Shown: in pieces, positions 40,084 through 50,152 of the stretch
Numbering within the stretch: the first letter of the stretch is position 1
How the letters are laid out: each line of letters begins with the position of its first letter
NCBI GenBank assembly: GCA_963675595.2
Contig: CAXXLZ010000001.1
Coordinates: 32,001-96,000, forward strand
Source: Thermodesulfobacteriota bacterium
Lineage (GTDB): Bacteria > Desulfobacterota > Desulfarculia > JACQYL01
Direction of reading: 5' to 3'
Length of the DNA: 64,000 nt
Notes under the pieces: model-generated
Databases searched by the model: none
What the model saw: only the letters and a program-made list of their open reading frames with translations
What the model was told of the DNA's origin: nothing
Translations under genes and position numbers: made by a program

Positions 40084-41295
40084 ATGCTCAAAAGACTCAA
40101 ACATCGCTTGGAGCGGCGGGGACTCCCCGTGAGTCTGTTGGGCAGAGTCCTGCCCGTGCGCGACATGTTGTCGGCCTCATCGACCCGGCACGCGTTTCTC
40201 GAATTCACCACTCGATGCAATCTCAATTGCGTGTATTGCGCCTCCAACTTGCCTCATTACTTGCGTACGGATATGGACCTGACCCATTTCTCACAACTGG
40301 CGGACACGCTTCGCCGACGAAAAGTGGCTCGGGCGGCTGTCCACGGACACGGAGAAACCACCATTGTCGACGGCTGGTATCGCTATTGCCGCATCCTCCT
40401 GGACCGGGGGATGGACCTGTCCATCATCACCAACATGGCAAAACCGTTGAACGACGACGAAGTCGGCGTATTGGCGCGATTTGAGCGGATCGAGGTGAGT
40501 TGCGACACCGCGAACCCGGAATTGTTCCGTCGGCTCAGGCGGGGGGCGACGCTCCCAACGTTGAGCGCCAATTGCAGAAAGGTCGCCGCCGCAGCGGCGA
40601 CGGAGAGGATTGTCCGGCCCGAACTGGGAATCAGTGCGGTGGTTTCGGATCGTACCGTGTTTGAATTACCGGACTTGGTATCCTTCGGTCTGGAATTGGG
40701 GGTTCGACGTTTCGCCTTCTCAGACCTGGTGGAATATCCCCATGTGAAGAACGCCGACCGGGTACGGCCGGTTTCAAGCCTTGGGGCGGAAGAAGTGCGT
40801 CGGATTCCATCGGTGATTCAACAGGTTCTGAAAATGGCCGGAAAACGAGGAGCGGTTTGCGAGTTTCAGCCGAGCCTGCTCGACATCCGGGAAAGAGAGC
40901 GTGGGGTCGTCCGGGAGGAACGTTCCGAAACGGTTTCGGCGCAAGCCCCAAACCCCGCGTCGCGCCGACCGTCGCCGGGGCAAACCCGCGATTGTCTGGA
41001 TCCTTGGGACGTGGTGTTTTTCGCCGCCGACGGGTCCATCCGTCCCTGTTGCGGCACCATCGACCCGGTGGGAAACACGGCCGAGGATTCGGCGTGCGAC
41101 TCCGTGTGGAACGACGAACCCTTTCGCGCGTACCGTCGGGGATTACTTACCGGCGATCTGAAACCCGCGTGCCGAAACTGCTCCATGCGCGGCTGGACCA
41201 CCGTGGAGAACCTATGCGACAAGGTTCGCCTGCTGAAATTCCTTCGCGGAATGCAGGATGCGCTTCCAAAGCGATGGCGGGCAAAGGGGGGTTGA
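40084..41295 (+). CDS. Radical SAM protein with SPASM/twitch domain
   Basis: CNLNCVYC, HGHGET, and CLDPW..DGSIRPCC..GN..WN..CRNC. Confidence 0.88.
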   Translation: MLKRLKHRLERRGLPVSLLGRVLPVRDMLSASSTRHAFLEFTTRCNLNCVYCASNLPHYLRTDMDLTHFSQLADTLRRRKVARAAVHGHGETTIVDGWYRYCRILLDRGMDLSIITNMAKPLNDDEVGVLARFERIEVSCDTANPELFRRLRRGATLPTLSANCRKVAAAAATERIVRPELGISAVVSDRTVFELPDLVSFGLELGVRRFAFSDLVEYPHVKNADRVRPVSSLGAEEVRRIPSVIQQVLKMAGKRGAVCEFQPSLLDIRERERGVVREERSETVSAQAPNPASRRPSPGQTRDCLDPWDVVFFAADGSIRPCCGTIDPVGNTAEDSACDSVWNDEPFRAYRRGLLTGDLKPACRNCSMRGWTTVENLCDKVRLLKFLRGMQDALPKRWRAKGG

Positions 41296-41462
41296 TCAAA
41301 CGGAAGCGAAATCGACTGTTTGTTTAGTGGGGCGGGGTGCCGTTGCATGGACGGAATATTGGAACGAGGCTGTCGGGTGTCTTGATCAAGAAACCTCAAC
41401 CGCCTGAAAATAGGATCGAGGGAGGACTCCTTCGAGAGTTCTCCCCCGCGAGGATTTGAATC

Positions 41463-42650
41463 CTATCCTACCTTCACCACCAACGCAGCCGCCGTATCCC
41501 CCGCGGCGCAGCCCGTGAACAGGCCGTAGCCGCCGCCCAGCATAGCCAGTTCCTCAATGAGCTCGATGGTGCAACGCGCGCCCGTGGGTCCCTGAGGATG
41601 CCCGAAAATCAGGGACGAGCCGTAGTTGTTCACAATCTCCGGATTCATGTCCATCTGTCGCATCATGTTGAGGTCGTTCAGGGCAAAGGGGTTGTGGGTC
41701 TTCACCGCTTTGAGGTCCGCAACTTTGACGCCGGCGCGGTCCAGGGCCATCTGTGCCGCCGGTACCACGGCCAGGGCCATGAAGCCCTTTTTGGCGCGAG
41801 CGAAGCCGTAGGACAGGAGCTGGATCGTAACGTTCCTGTCTTGGGAAAGACTCGCGGCCTTGTCCTTGCCGGCTACGATCACAGCGGCGTTTCCGTCGGC
41901 GGGATGCGTCTGGGAGCCGAATGTGTGAATTCCGCCGGGGAGCACGGGTTTCAGCTTGGCGAGACCGTCCTGAGTGGTTTCGTAGATGCCTTCGTCCTGC
42001 TCAATGGTCTTGACCGCTTTTCCCATTCGGATATCGGCGCCGACCATGTACCGTTTCTGGAAGGCTCGGCCGTTCTTCAGACTCTCGAGATACTGCCCGT
42101 AGCGCCTCAACGTCAGTTCGTCACATTCTTCCCGCGTGAAGCTCGTTTCCTGAGCCACGTTTTCCGCCGTCTGAATCATGGCGTTCATGGCCCAGGGATC
42201 GTGGTTGAAGTTGTTCATGACCCAATCGTCGCTCACGGGCATGCCGCCGGGTCCCATGGGATTGGGGTATACCAGGTGGGGACCGTTGGAACAGCGATCC
42301 GCCGTCACGGCCAACACCGCTTGGTTGACGTCCGATTCCACGGCCATGCCGGCATGAGCGATTTCCGTGGCCGCGGTGGCGCAGGCTTGGCTGAAAATCG
42401 GCCCGCTGATTCCTTCCGCTCCGATTATGCCGGCAAGCCAGGGGGCACCATAGAAACAACTCACCTGGGGAATCGTGTACCCCAGAAACAGGGCATCGAA
42501 TGCCTTGGGGTCGATGTTTCTTTCGGTCAGAAACTTCCGGGTCACCGTTCCCGCCAGCTCAATGGCGTTTTCCGACTGGAAGCTTCCCTGCCAGCGACAA
42601 AAAGGAGAACTGAAATACCCCCCGTAAGGAATGAACGCCTTGGTAAACAT
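41463..42650 (-). CDS. Thiolase-family protein
   Basis: QACATAA, ADGNAA, HNPFA, GHPQGPTG, GCAAGD; GGAGG RBS before ATG 42650. Confidence 0.9.
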   Translation of the reverse strand: MFTKAFIPYGGYFSSPFCRWQGSFQSENAIELAGTVTRKFLTERNIDPKAFDALFLGYTIPQVSCFYGAPWLAGIIGAEGISGPIFSQACATAATEIAHAGMAVESDVNQAVLAVTADRCSNGPHLVYPNPMGPGGMPVSDDWVMNNFNHDPWAMNAMIQTAENVAQETSFTREECDELTLRRYGQYLESLKNGRAFQKRYMVGADIRMGKAVKTIEQDEGIYETTQDGLAKLKPVLPGGIHTFGSQTHPADGNAAVIVAGKDKAASLSQDRNVTIQLLSYGFARAKKGFMALAVVPAAQMALDRAGVKVADLKAVKTHNPFALNDLNMMRQMDMNPEIVNNYGSSLIFGHPQGPTGARCTIELIEELAMLGGGYGLFTGCAAGDTAAALVVKVG

Positions 42651-42715
42651 GGAACCTCCTTGTACTCGTGAAATTGAGGGAATACCGATACTCAATATAG
42701 GGGACTCTATTTTTT

Positions 42716-42931
42716 TTGGGAAACCCTTCTGAAGAAGGGTTTCCCAAGCCCTTCCCAAGACTTTTCAAGTGGGGGTTACCCGCCTTCGGCGTGAAACCTT
42801 GCAGTGAACCTGAGTCAATTTGATCTCCCACACGGAGGTGCCTCCGAAGCCCCTCCGCCGGAGGCGGCGGGGCCTACTTGAAAGGCTTTGGAAGGGGGAG
42901 TGGGGGAAGACTTTCTCGAAAGTCTTCCCCC
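42716..42931. repeat. Inverted pair of REP-like hairpins (family A-related)
   Basis: TTGGGAAACCCTTCTGAAGAAGGGTTTCCCAA plus CCCTTCCCAAGACTTTT at the left end; AAAGGCTTTGGAAGGGG plus GGGGGAAGACTTTCTCGAAAGTCTTCCCCC at the right end. Confidence 0.8.
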
Positions 42932-42946
42932 ACACACCGTAGAAAT

Positions 42947-44527
42947 CTACCGTTGCTCGCTCCAATTGCCGTAGCGGTCTCTCAGAACGCGATGGAGAAT
43001 CTTGCCCGTGCCGGTTCGGGGCATGTCTTCTTCCTTGATGAAGTCGATGGACTTGGGCTTCTTGTATCCGGCGATCTTGTCCTTGCAGAAGTCCAGGATT
43101 TCTTTTTCCAAATCCTTCCCGGGTTCAACGCCTCCGTGCAGAATGATAACGGCTTTGACCGCTTCCCCCCATTTGGGGTCGGGAATTCCGATGACGGCCA
43201 CGTCCTTGACCTTGGGATGTGAGCCTACCACATCCTCCACTTCCGAGGGGTAGACGTTTTCGCCTCCGGAGATGATCATGTTTTTCTTGCGGTCCACCAG
43301 CGTGTAGAAACCTTCTTCGTCTTTTCGGGCCATGTCGCCCGCGCTGAACCATTCGCCGTGGAACGCCTCTTTGGTCACTTCGGGAAGTTTCCAGTATTCG
43401 TCGAAGACCATGGGGGTCCGAGAATACAATTCTCCCACCTCGCCCACGGGGACCTCATTCCCTTCGGGATCGAGCAGCTTGATACGATCGGTTCCCAGGA
43501 TTTCTTTTCCGATGGAACCCAGTTTGCGCATCTGATCCTCGGGCCTCAACAGGGTGACCAAGCCCGCCTCGGTGGAACCGTATGCTTCGAAGAGTTCCGA
43601 ATTCTTGAAGTAATCCATAATGGCCAGCTTGGTGTCCTTGCGCACCGGTGCGCTGGAACACATGAGCTTGCGTACACGGCTTACGTCGTATTTGTTTTTC
43701 ACTTCCTCAGGGAGGGAGAGCATCATGATGTAATGGGTGGGCACCAGGGAAGTGAAGGTGATCCGCTCTTCGGACAGTGTCTTGAGCAGGTGTTCCGGAT
43801 CGAAACTCACCATGTTGTAGACGCAAACGGCGCAGTAGGTATAAGTGAAAACAAAAGAATAGAAGATGGAATTGATGTGGCACATGGGCATAACCATGAG
43901 GCCGATGTCGTCACGACCGAAACCCAGCTCGCCGATGTTGGTAAGGTACTGAGCGATGAGGCCTTCGTGGGATCGTACCGCGCCTTTGGGCCGCCCGGTG
44001 GTTCCCGATGTGTACATGATGACCCAGGGGTCTTTGTGGTGGACTTCCACCCCGGGTTCTTCGGAGGAAGCCCGGGCGATGAGGTCCTCGTAGTGTACAT
44101 AGCCTTGAGGCGCCTGGTCCGCTCCGAAAAATACATAGTTGGAAGCCGGGATACCGGGTAGTTGATCGCGGACGCCGTCCACGCCCTGGGTGAACTCGCT
44201 CGCCACGATGAAGGCTTTGGCCTCCGAATTCTCCAGGATGTACTGATATTCCCGAGGGGTCAGACGGAACATGATGGGGACGGCCACGAGACCGGCCTTG
44301 GCCATGGCTCCGTAGAATTCCATCCATTCCAGGGAGTTGTAAGCGATCATGGCTACTTTGTCGCCCTTTTTCAGACCCAGGCCCAGCAACCCATCGGCCA
44401 ACCGACAACACCGCTCATTCCATTCGGAAAACGTGAGACTCCGCCTGAGGTCTTTGGCCCCCATCCTGTCCGGATAGAGATAGGCGGCCATGCGAATCAC
44501 TTCACCCACGTGCATCCAGCGGCTCAT
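42947..44527 (-). CDS. Acyl-CoA synthetase (AMP-forming, FadD-like)
   Basis: MYTSGTTGRPKG, AYGSTEAG, SAGDMA, DRKKNMIISGGENVYP, PRTGTGKI. Confidence 0.95.
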   Translation of the reverse strand: MSRWMHVGEVIRMAAYLYPDRMGAKDLRRSLTFSEWNERCCRLADGLLGLGLKKGDKVAMIAYNSLEWMEFYGAMAKAGLVAVPIMFRLTPREYQYILENSEAKAFIVASEFTQGVDGVRDQLPGIPASNYVFFGADQAPQGYVHYEDLIARASSEEPGVEVHHKDPWVIMYTSGTTGRPKGAVRSHEGLIAQYLTNIGELGFGRDDIGLMVMPMCHINSIFYSFVFTYTYCAVCVYNMVSFDPEHLLKTLSEERITFTSLVPTHYIMMLSLPEEVKNKYDVSRVRKLMCSSAPVRKDTKLAIMDYFKNSELFEAYGSTEAGLVTLLRPEDQMRKLGSIGKEILGTDRIKLLDPEGNEVPVGEVGELYSRTPMVFDEYWKLPEVTKEAFHGEWFSAGDMARKDEEGFYTLVDRKKNMIISGGENVYPSEVEDVVGSHPKVKDVAVIGIPDPKWGEAVKAVIILHGGVEPGKDLEKEILDFCKDKIAGYKKPKSIDFIKEEDMPRTGTGKILHRVLRDRYGNWSEQR

Positions 44528-44708
44528 GCCGATCCTCCTTGTTTAAAGCGACTCTTGAGAGTATCCGTTCACGGGAAGACCGGAAAAGCCTAGAAAGACT
44601 TTTCCGGACCCTTGTTCAAACCGCTTGCGTGGGGTGCTCTCCGGCGCGCGGCAACCGAGGCCGCAGACTCTTCTCCGAAAAGCGTTCCCGAAACCACAAG
44701 TCGAATCG

Positions 44709-45515
44709 TCAAACAGCCTTGCCCGGCATTCCGTGCGCTTCCGCAGATTCGAGGGCGAACAGCGCGGCCCCAAGTGCTCCGGTGCATTGCGGGTCGGGAG
44801 GGACCGACACCGAGGCTCCGATTTCCTCTTCCAGTAGAGACACGATCACCGGATTATGCGCCACCACGCCGCCCGTGGCCACCACGGTGCCGGTGAGAGT
44901 TTCCATTTCCATGACCCGTTTCACCACGGATCGGAAAATGCCTTTGACCAAGTCGGGCAGCGGGGCTCCGGCCCGGATCTTTTCGAGGACCTCCGTGGCG
45001 GAGAACACGGTGCAGTAGCTTCCGAGCACGACTTCCCCGGAGGCTTGTTCCGCGAGGTCGTTCAACTCCTCAAGAGGCACCGACAAGCGGTTGGCCATTT
45101 CCTCGATGAAGGCGCCGGTGCCGGCGGCGCACTTACGATTCATCTTGAAGTTGATCCGATGTCCCCGCTCGTCGAGTTTCACCACTTTGTTGTCCTGGCC
45201 CCCGATGTCCACCAGGGTGATGGCGCGGGGAAAGGCGTGAAAACAGCCTTTGGCGTGACATCCGATTTCCGTGCGATCTTCCCGGGCGAAAGGGACGGTC
45301 TTTCGCCCATATCCCGTGGAGATGGTCCAGGCCGGAGCATCTTCCTCCAGGCCGGCCTGTCGGCAAATCTCCCGATAGGCGGTACGGGCCGCAGATTGGA
45401 AGTCGTGTCCCGACCGAGTCACATACCGACCCACGACCTTATGATTTGAATCGATGAGCACGGCTTTGGTCGCCGAGGCTCCAATGTCGATGCCGGCGTA
45501 TACGGGTAGCGTCAT
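44709..45515 (-). CDS. 2-hydroxyacyl-CoA dehydratase activator (HgdC / BcrAD-family ATPase)
   Basis: GIDIGASATK, STGYGR, EIGCH, DIGGQDNK, MNRKCAAGTG, CTVFSATE. Confidence 0.92.
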   Translation of the reverse strand: MTLPVYAGIDIGASATKAVLIDSNHKVVGRYVTRSGHDFQSAARTAYREICRQAGLEEDAPAWTISTGYGRKTVPFAREDRTEIGCHAKGCFHAFPRAITLVDIGGQDNKVVKLDERGHRINFKMNRKCAAGTGAFIEEMANRLSVPLEELNDLAEQASGEVVLGSYCTVFSATEVLEKIRAGAPLPDLVKGIFRSVVKRVMEMETLTGTVVATGGVVAHNPVIVSLLEEEIGASVSVPPDPQCTGALGAALFALESAEAHGMPGKAV

Positions 45516-45785
45516 ATCGAAAATCGGATTCGTCAGGGTCTTAAGGGAGAAGCCCGATTGGAGCCGGGCTTCCTCCTGGCCCTTTTGCAGGGTTGTCGGC
45601 TTATTCGGTGGAGCTTCATTGTGTGCGCCTGTCCTCAGGAGGCATCCGAAGAATGTTGTCCCAAATGCCTCCTTCAGCCCATTCCGGGGTCACCGAAGGC
45701 GAGATGAGCACCAACAAGTCTTGGAAGGATTCGGGGAGTCCGCAGTCGGAGAATATCCCCAAGTCGTCTCCGGAAAAACGCCTTT

Positions 45786-47048
45786 CTATCGAGCGGCGGA
45801 CTTGGCGGGCCGCCTCTCCTCAATCTGTTCCACGAATGCTTCTACGTTGGTGATGGTCTGCTCTTCCGAAAAGCATCGTAAGTCGTTGAGGTCGCCGTTG
45901 ATCGTCAGATAGGGGATGCCCAGACGGCGGGAGAGGCGTTCGGGCATGCCGTATCGGTTGTTGGAGTTGTTGGGACAGGTCTTGGCGTCGTGGTAGACGA
46001 TACCGTCCAATCTATACTGCTCCAAACGCTGCGCGATGTAGCGTTCCTTAAATTCTTCGTCCCGGACAATGAACAGTTCCAGGTAGGCTCGCGCCATACT
46101 GTCGAAAGGGTCCTCCGGGTCCAGGGTTTCGAACACCCAACTGTTGCAGTAGGTGGAGGCCGCCACGCAGGTGCGCAGGCGCGCGAAAAGTTCGCTCAGA
46201 TTCCTGAGCTTGCCCCATATGGGCATGCCCTCCCAGTAGAGCCGGAATGATTCTCCTTCTACTGCGGCGATGCCTTGGTTCATGCGTTCTTGGAGCTCGT
46301 GGAGGAGCGTTTCGTAGTAGTCCAAAGCAGTCTGAGTGCCTCGCGCCACTACGGCGGGAGCCATATGGATCGTTGCGTCGAAAAAGGTGAGGGGGGCGGG
46401 GATATGGGCTCCGCAATCCAACACCTGTTTCCAGAGATCGGAACATCGTTTGGAGAGCCCCACGGCCTCGGCCAACCGAGCGGGATCCAAAGACGATCCG
46501 GTGATCCGTTCGAGCGTGGGCACCAGGTCCCGAAGCTGTCTTGAAACGGATGCCACGTGATGCTCCCGAATCTCGCCGATTTCCCGGTGGGTCTCCACGC
46601 CCACGCAGGGGACGTTGAATTCCCGACCGTAAAAGGAGAACCAGTCCTTCACGTCGCGACACTGGTTGGTGTTGTATACCAGTACGTCGGGCCGGGGCGG
46701 GGACGAAATCCCGTAGGCCTTGGTCAGCGGGGTTTGTTTTTTGAGGTAGGAACCCACATCCGCGGTGAGATAGGAGCAGATGTCGGGAGAATAGCCCACC
46801 GCATTGGCGGCGGGGATCATGTCCGTGGCCATGCGCACCGCGCCGAGCAGAGCCCCGTGGTTCTCGGGAAAATAGACCAGAAACCCCATGCCTCTAAGGA
46901 GTTCCGCCGGTCCCACGCTGGTGCACCAGGCCACTTTGGGATGCCCTTCCGCCGCGGCCCGATCCAGCTCGGCGAAATGGTCGGCCATAATTTTCTTGAG
47001 AAGCCCCAAGCTCTTGAATTCCTTGCGTGGGGGTGCTTGGTTCGTCAT
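45786..47048 (-). CDS. 2-hydroxyacyl-CoA dehydratase subunit (HGD-D family)
   Basis: WCTSVGPAELL, PENHGA, GYSPDICSY, NQC, DGIVYHDAKTC, GDLND..VEAFVE. Confidence 0.9.
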   Translation of the reverse strand: MTNQAPPRKEFKSLGLLKKIMADHFAELDRAAAEGHPKVAWCTSVGPAELLRGMGFLVYFPENHGALLGAVRMATDMIPAANAVGYSPDICSYLTADVGSYLKKQTPLTKAYGISSPPRPDVLVYNTNQCRDVKDWFSFYGREFNVPCVGVETHREIGEIREHHVASVSRQLRDLVPTLERITGSSLDPARLAEAVGLSKRCSDLWKQVLDCGAHIPAPLTFFDATIHMAPAVVARGTQTALDYYETLLHELQERMNQGIAAVEGESFRLYWEGMPIWGKLRNLSELFARLRTCVAASTYCNSWVFETLDPEDPFDSMARAYLELFIVRDEEFKERYIAQRLEQYRLDGIVYHDAKTCPNNSNNRYGMPERLSRRLGIPYLTINGDLNDLRCFSEEQTITNVEAFVEQIEERRPAKSAAR

Positions 47049-47161
47049 GGAACGCTCCCGATGAAGTCCCTGCGGTTGTGTGTGCGTATCCGCCGCCGCG
47101 AGCCGGCTTCAAAGAAAATAGTCCCCCGGTATCGCGGAGCTGTGCGGTCGAACACCGGAGA

Positions 47162-49759
47162 CTACTTACCGACGGCCTTGTTTACGATCTCATTGATATC
47201 CATGACCTTGAGCCGTTTCCGTGTTTCCTTGGGGAATTCGTTCAGACCCTTTCGCAGGTTGTCCTTGCAGGACGCACAGGCGGAAACCAGAAGTGTGGCG
47301 CCCACGTCCAGGGCATCCTGAACCCGCTCCTTGGCCATGGACAGGCTCATTTCCGGATCCACGGCGGAAACGCCGCCCCCGGCCCCGCAGCATCTGGACT
47401 TGAGATGAGTTCTGGCCATTTCCACCAGGTCGACTCCGGGAATCTTCCGAAGGATGTTTCTGGGCGGCTCAAAGATTCCAAGTCTGCGTCCCAGGTCACA
47501 AGGGTCATGGTAGGTAACCCGTTCCTGTATCTCCGTGGTGAATTGGAGTTTTCCTTCACTGACCAGTTCATCGAGATACTCGACTGCGTGCCGCAATTCG
47601 GGCTTGAGATTGCCCGCTTTGGGGTAGAGGTCCTTGAAGCTGTGATAGCAGCCCGCGCAAGGAGTGACCAGGGTGCGCGCGCCCGTTTGGTTCACGCGAT
47701 CAAGCTGTTCCCGAGCGTGGCTTTCGAAAGTATCGGATCCGGACAGATAGAGCGGGAGCCCACAGCAGACTTCGTTGACCGCGAAGGAGGTGAAATCCTC
47801 GCCGGCCTTCTCCATGTTCTTCATGAGGCTCGGGACGATTTTCATGTCCACGTAACTGGGGACGCATCCCAGGAACAGGAGGGTCTCCGCGGTTTGCGGG
47901 AGGCGGTTTTCCTCGGCGGCCTTCTTGAATGGAGAAGGGTACACGGAAATACGTTCTTCGCGAGCCGAGGCAAAGGGATTGCCCGACTTGGCGATATTGT
48001 CCAGTACGGACTGGTAGGAAGGCGGAAGGAAGCCCGATTGAGCCAAGCGATCCCTGCATTTCTTCACGATTTCCGGGACCTTGATTTGGGCCGGGCAGTA
48101 ATAGGTGCAGGTGCCGCAGGTGGTGCAGCGATAAAAGGTATCCGCCAGTTCGCGATCCGGTTCGATCTGTCCGGTGAGCATCTGGTAGGCGAGAATGTTT
48201 CGTCCTCGGGCGTTCCTTGACTCCCTTTTGGAGACGCTGAAGGTGGGACACCCGTTTCGACAGAATCCGCATTGCACGCAGGCCAGAATCTCGTTGTCCT
48301 CCAACTCTCCCAGGGTCTTCAGCGCGGATCGTCCTTGGAGGAGGGTATGGAAGGCGAAATGGTCGTACACGTCGGTGACGGTTTCATCGAGCCCCATTTT
48401 GCCCGGATTCAGGATGTTTTTGGGATCGAGGGTATTCTTGAGGGCTTTCATGGTTTCGAAGCCCTTGCCCATCTCCCGGGCGATAAAAGGCGCACGCGTC
48501 AGGCCGGTGCCGTGTTCCGCGCTGATGGTGCCGTCCATTTCAAAGGAGAGTTCCACCAGGTCCAGCGCCGCGGCCTTGAGCCGCTTCCAGTAGTCCGGGT
48601 CGGTGAGGTCCCCCACGAACGTGGTGTGGATGTTTCCGTCGCCCACATGACCGAATGTGGCGATCATCACGTTGTGTTTTCTGGAAATCTGCTGGGCGCC
48701 CCGGACCATGTCGGGAATTCGATCAATGGGAATGCCGAAGTCTTCGCAAATGGGAACCAGACGATAGCCGGGTTTGATGCGGGACAACGCCGTGACCAGC
48801 CCCGCCCGGCCCCGCCACATGGCTCCCCGTTCCCGTGGGTTGTCCGACCAGCGGACCTGAAGGCCTCCGTGTTTGCCGCAAATGTTCCGGATGCGCTCCA
48901 TTTGATCGGTGACCGCCTCCCGATGGCCGTCCACCTCCATGATGAGCATGGCTTCCACGTCGGGAATGGCCAGGTTCATGGCTTCACGGACCACGTCGAT
49001 GCTCACCTTGTCCATGATTTCTCCGGCACAGAGCGGAATGCCGGAGGTGAGGATTTCAGTCACGGCGGCGCCCGCTTCGTCCAGGTTGTGAAACATGGCC
49101 ATGGCGAAGGCTACATATTCGGGCAAGGGGAGCACCTTGACCTTCACTTGGGTGACGATGCCCAAAGTGCCTTCGGAATTGATGAACAAATGGGTCAGAT
49201 CGTATCCGGTGGCGGTCTTGGGGGCTCGGGTCCCGGTTTGGACAACCGAACCGTCGGCTAGAACGACTTCCAGACCCTTGACGTAATCTTTGGTCATCCC
49301 GTATTTGACGGCTCTCAGACCGCTGGCGTTGGTGGAGACCATGCCTCCCAGGGTGGCGATGGCGGAACTGCCGGGGTCCGGAGGGAAAAAGACCCCGTGT
49401 TTGGACAGTACTTCGTTCAGGCGGCCACAGATGACTCCGGGTTCCACACGAACGTAGAAATTTTCGGGAGAAATTTCGAGAATGCGATTCATCCGGCTGA
49501 GGTCCAACAAGATGCCCCCGTGAGTGGGAAGAACCGCGCCGGTGACGCTGCTTCCGGAGCCTCGGGCGGTGACGGGAACGGATTGGGCATGGGCCGCTTT
49601 CATGATCCGGGAAACCTGGTCCGTGCCGTCCGCATAGACGATCAGGTCGGGAACTCCTTCGTGCACCGACATGTCTCTCGAATAGCAGAGACGTTCAACA
49701 CGTTCCGTGACGACATTGGACGCTCCAACGATTTCCCGTATCGTTTCGGCCAGTTCCAT
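47162..49759 (-). CDS. FAD-linked 2-hydroxyacid dehydrogenase (GlcD-like) fused to a GlcF-like Fe-S/CCG domain
   Basis: FPPDPGS, SEGTLGIVT, GHVGDGNIH, SAEHGTG, LNPGK; two CxxCxxCxxxCP motifs; CCG, YHDPC, CCGAGGG. Confidence 0.92.
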   Translation of the reverse strand: MELAETIREIVGASNVVTERVERLCYSRDMSVHEGVPDLIVYADGTDQVSRIMKAAHAQSVPVTARGSGSSVTGAVLPTHGGILLDLSRMNRILEISPENFYVRVEPGVICGRLNEVLSKHGVFFPPDPGSSAIATLGGMVSTNASGLRAVKYGMTKDYVKGLEVVLADGSVVQTGTRAPKTATGYDLTHLFINSEGTLGIVTQVKVKVLPLPEYVAFAMAMFHNLDEAGAAVTEILTSGIPLCAGEIMDKVSIDVVREAMNLAIPDVEAMLIMEVDGHREAVTDQMERIRNICGKHGGLQVRWSDNPRERGAMWRGRAGLVTALSRIKPGYRLVPICEDFGIPIDRIPDMVRGAQQISRKHNVMIATFGHVGDGNIHTTFVGDLTDPDYWKRLKAAALDLVELSFEMDGTISAEHGTGLTRAPFIAREMGKGFETMKALKNTLDPKNILNPGKMGLDETVTDVYDHFAFHTLLQGRSALKTLGELEDNEILACVQCGFCRNGCPTFSVSKRESRNARGRNILAYQMLTGQIEPDRELADTFYRCTTCGTCTYYCPAQIKVPEIVKKCRDRLAQSGFLPPSYQSVLDNIAKSGNPFASAREERISVYPSPFKKAAEENRLPQTAETLLFLGCVPSYVDMKIVPSLMKNMEKAGEDFTSFAVNEVCCGLPLYLSGSDTFESHAREQLDRVNQTGARTLVTPCAGCYHSFKDLYPKAGNLKPELRHAVEYLDELVSEGKLQFTTEIQERVTYHDPCDLGRRLGIFEPPRNILRKIPGVDLVEMARTHLKSRCCGAGGGVSAVDPEMSLSMAKERVQDALDVGATLLVSACASCKDNLRKGLNEFPKETRKRLKVMDINEIVNKAVGK

Positions 49760-50152
49760 GAGCTCTCCTAAAAAAGATGAGAAATGCTTGGAAAAAAAGA
49801 GACATCAAAAGTGAAAATCGGGGTTTTTCACTGCGAAACCTCCAATGAACTCTTGACTATTCATGGACAAGAAAGCCGGCTTTCATCTTTTTACACTGTG
49901 CACGCGGGAAAATGGACCGGAGTGTAACTACAATTTAGCTATAAAATAACTGTAAGGGAGCGGTCGGCCGGTTGTCAAGAGATTTCACCCCGCCCTCAAG
50001 CTCGGCATGCCTTGAACCGAGCGGATTTGCGGAATCCGATACTTCTATCAGTCAATGACTTTTGCCCTTGCTGTATGGTTAAATCGGAATGACATGAAGC
50101 TGAGTACCAGGACGCGAAAATTCGCGACGGTTTTCTCGGAGGGGGCTCCTTA

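Noticed and set aside
39790-41295. RiPP cluster around the SPASM radical SAM gene
   Set aside because: No credible precursor peptide, PqqD/RRE, peptidase or exporter adjacent.
44709-47048. Complete benzoyl-CoA reductase (BcrABCD)
   Set aside because: Only one ATPase and one HGD-D subunit are present, with no dch/had/oah ring-cleavage genes.
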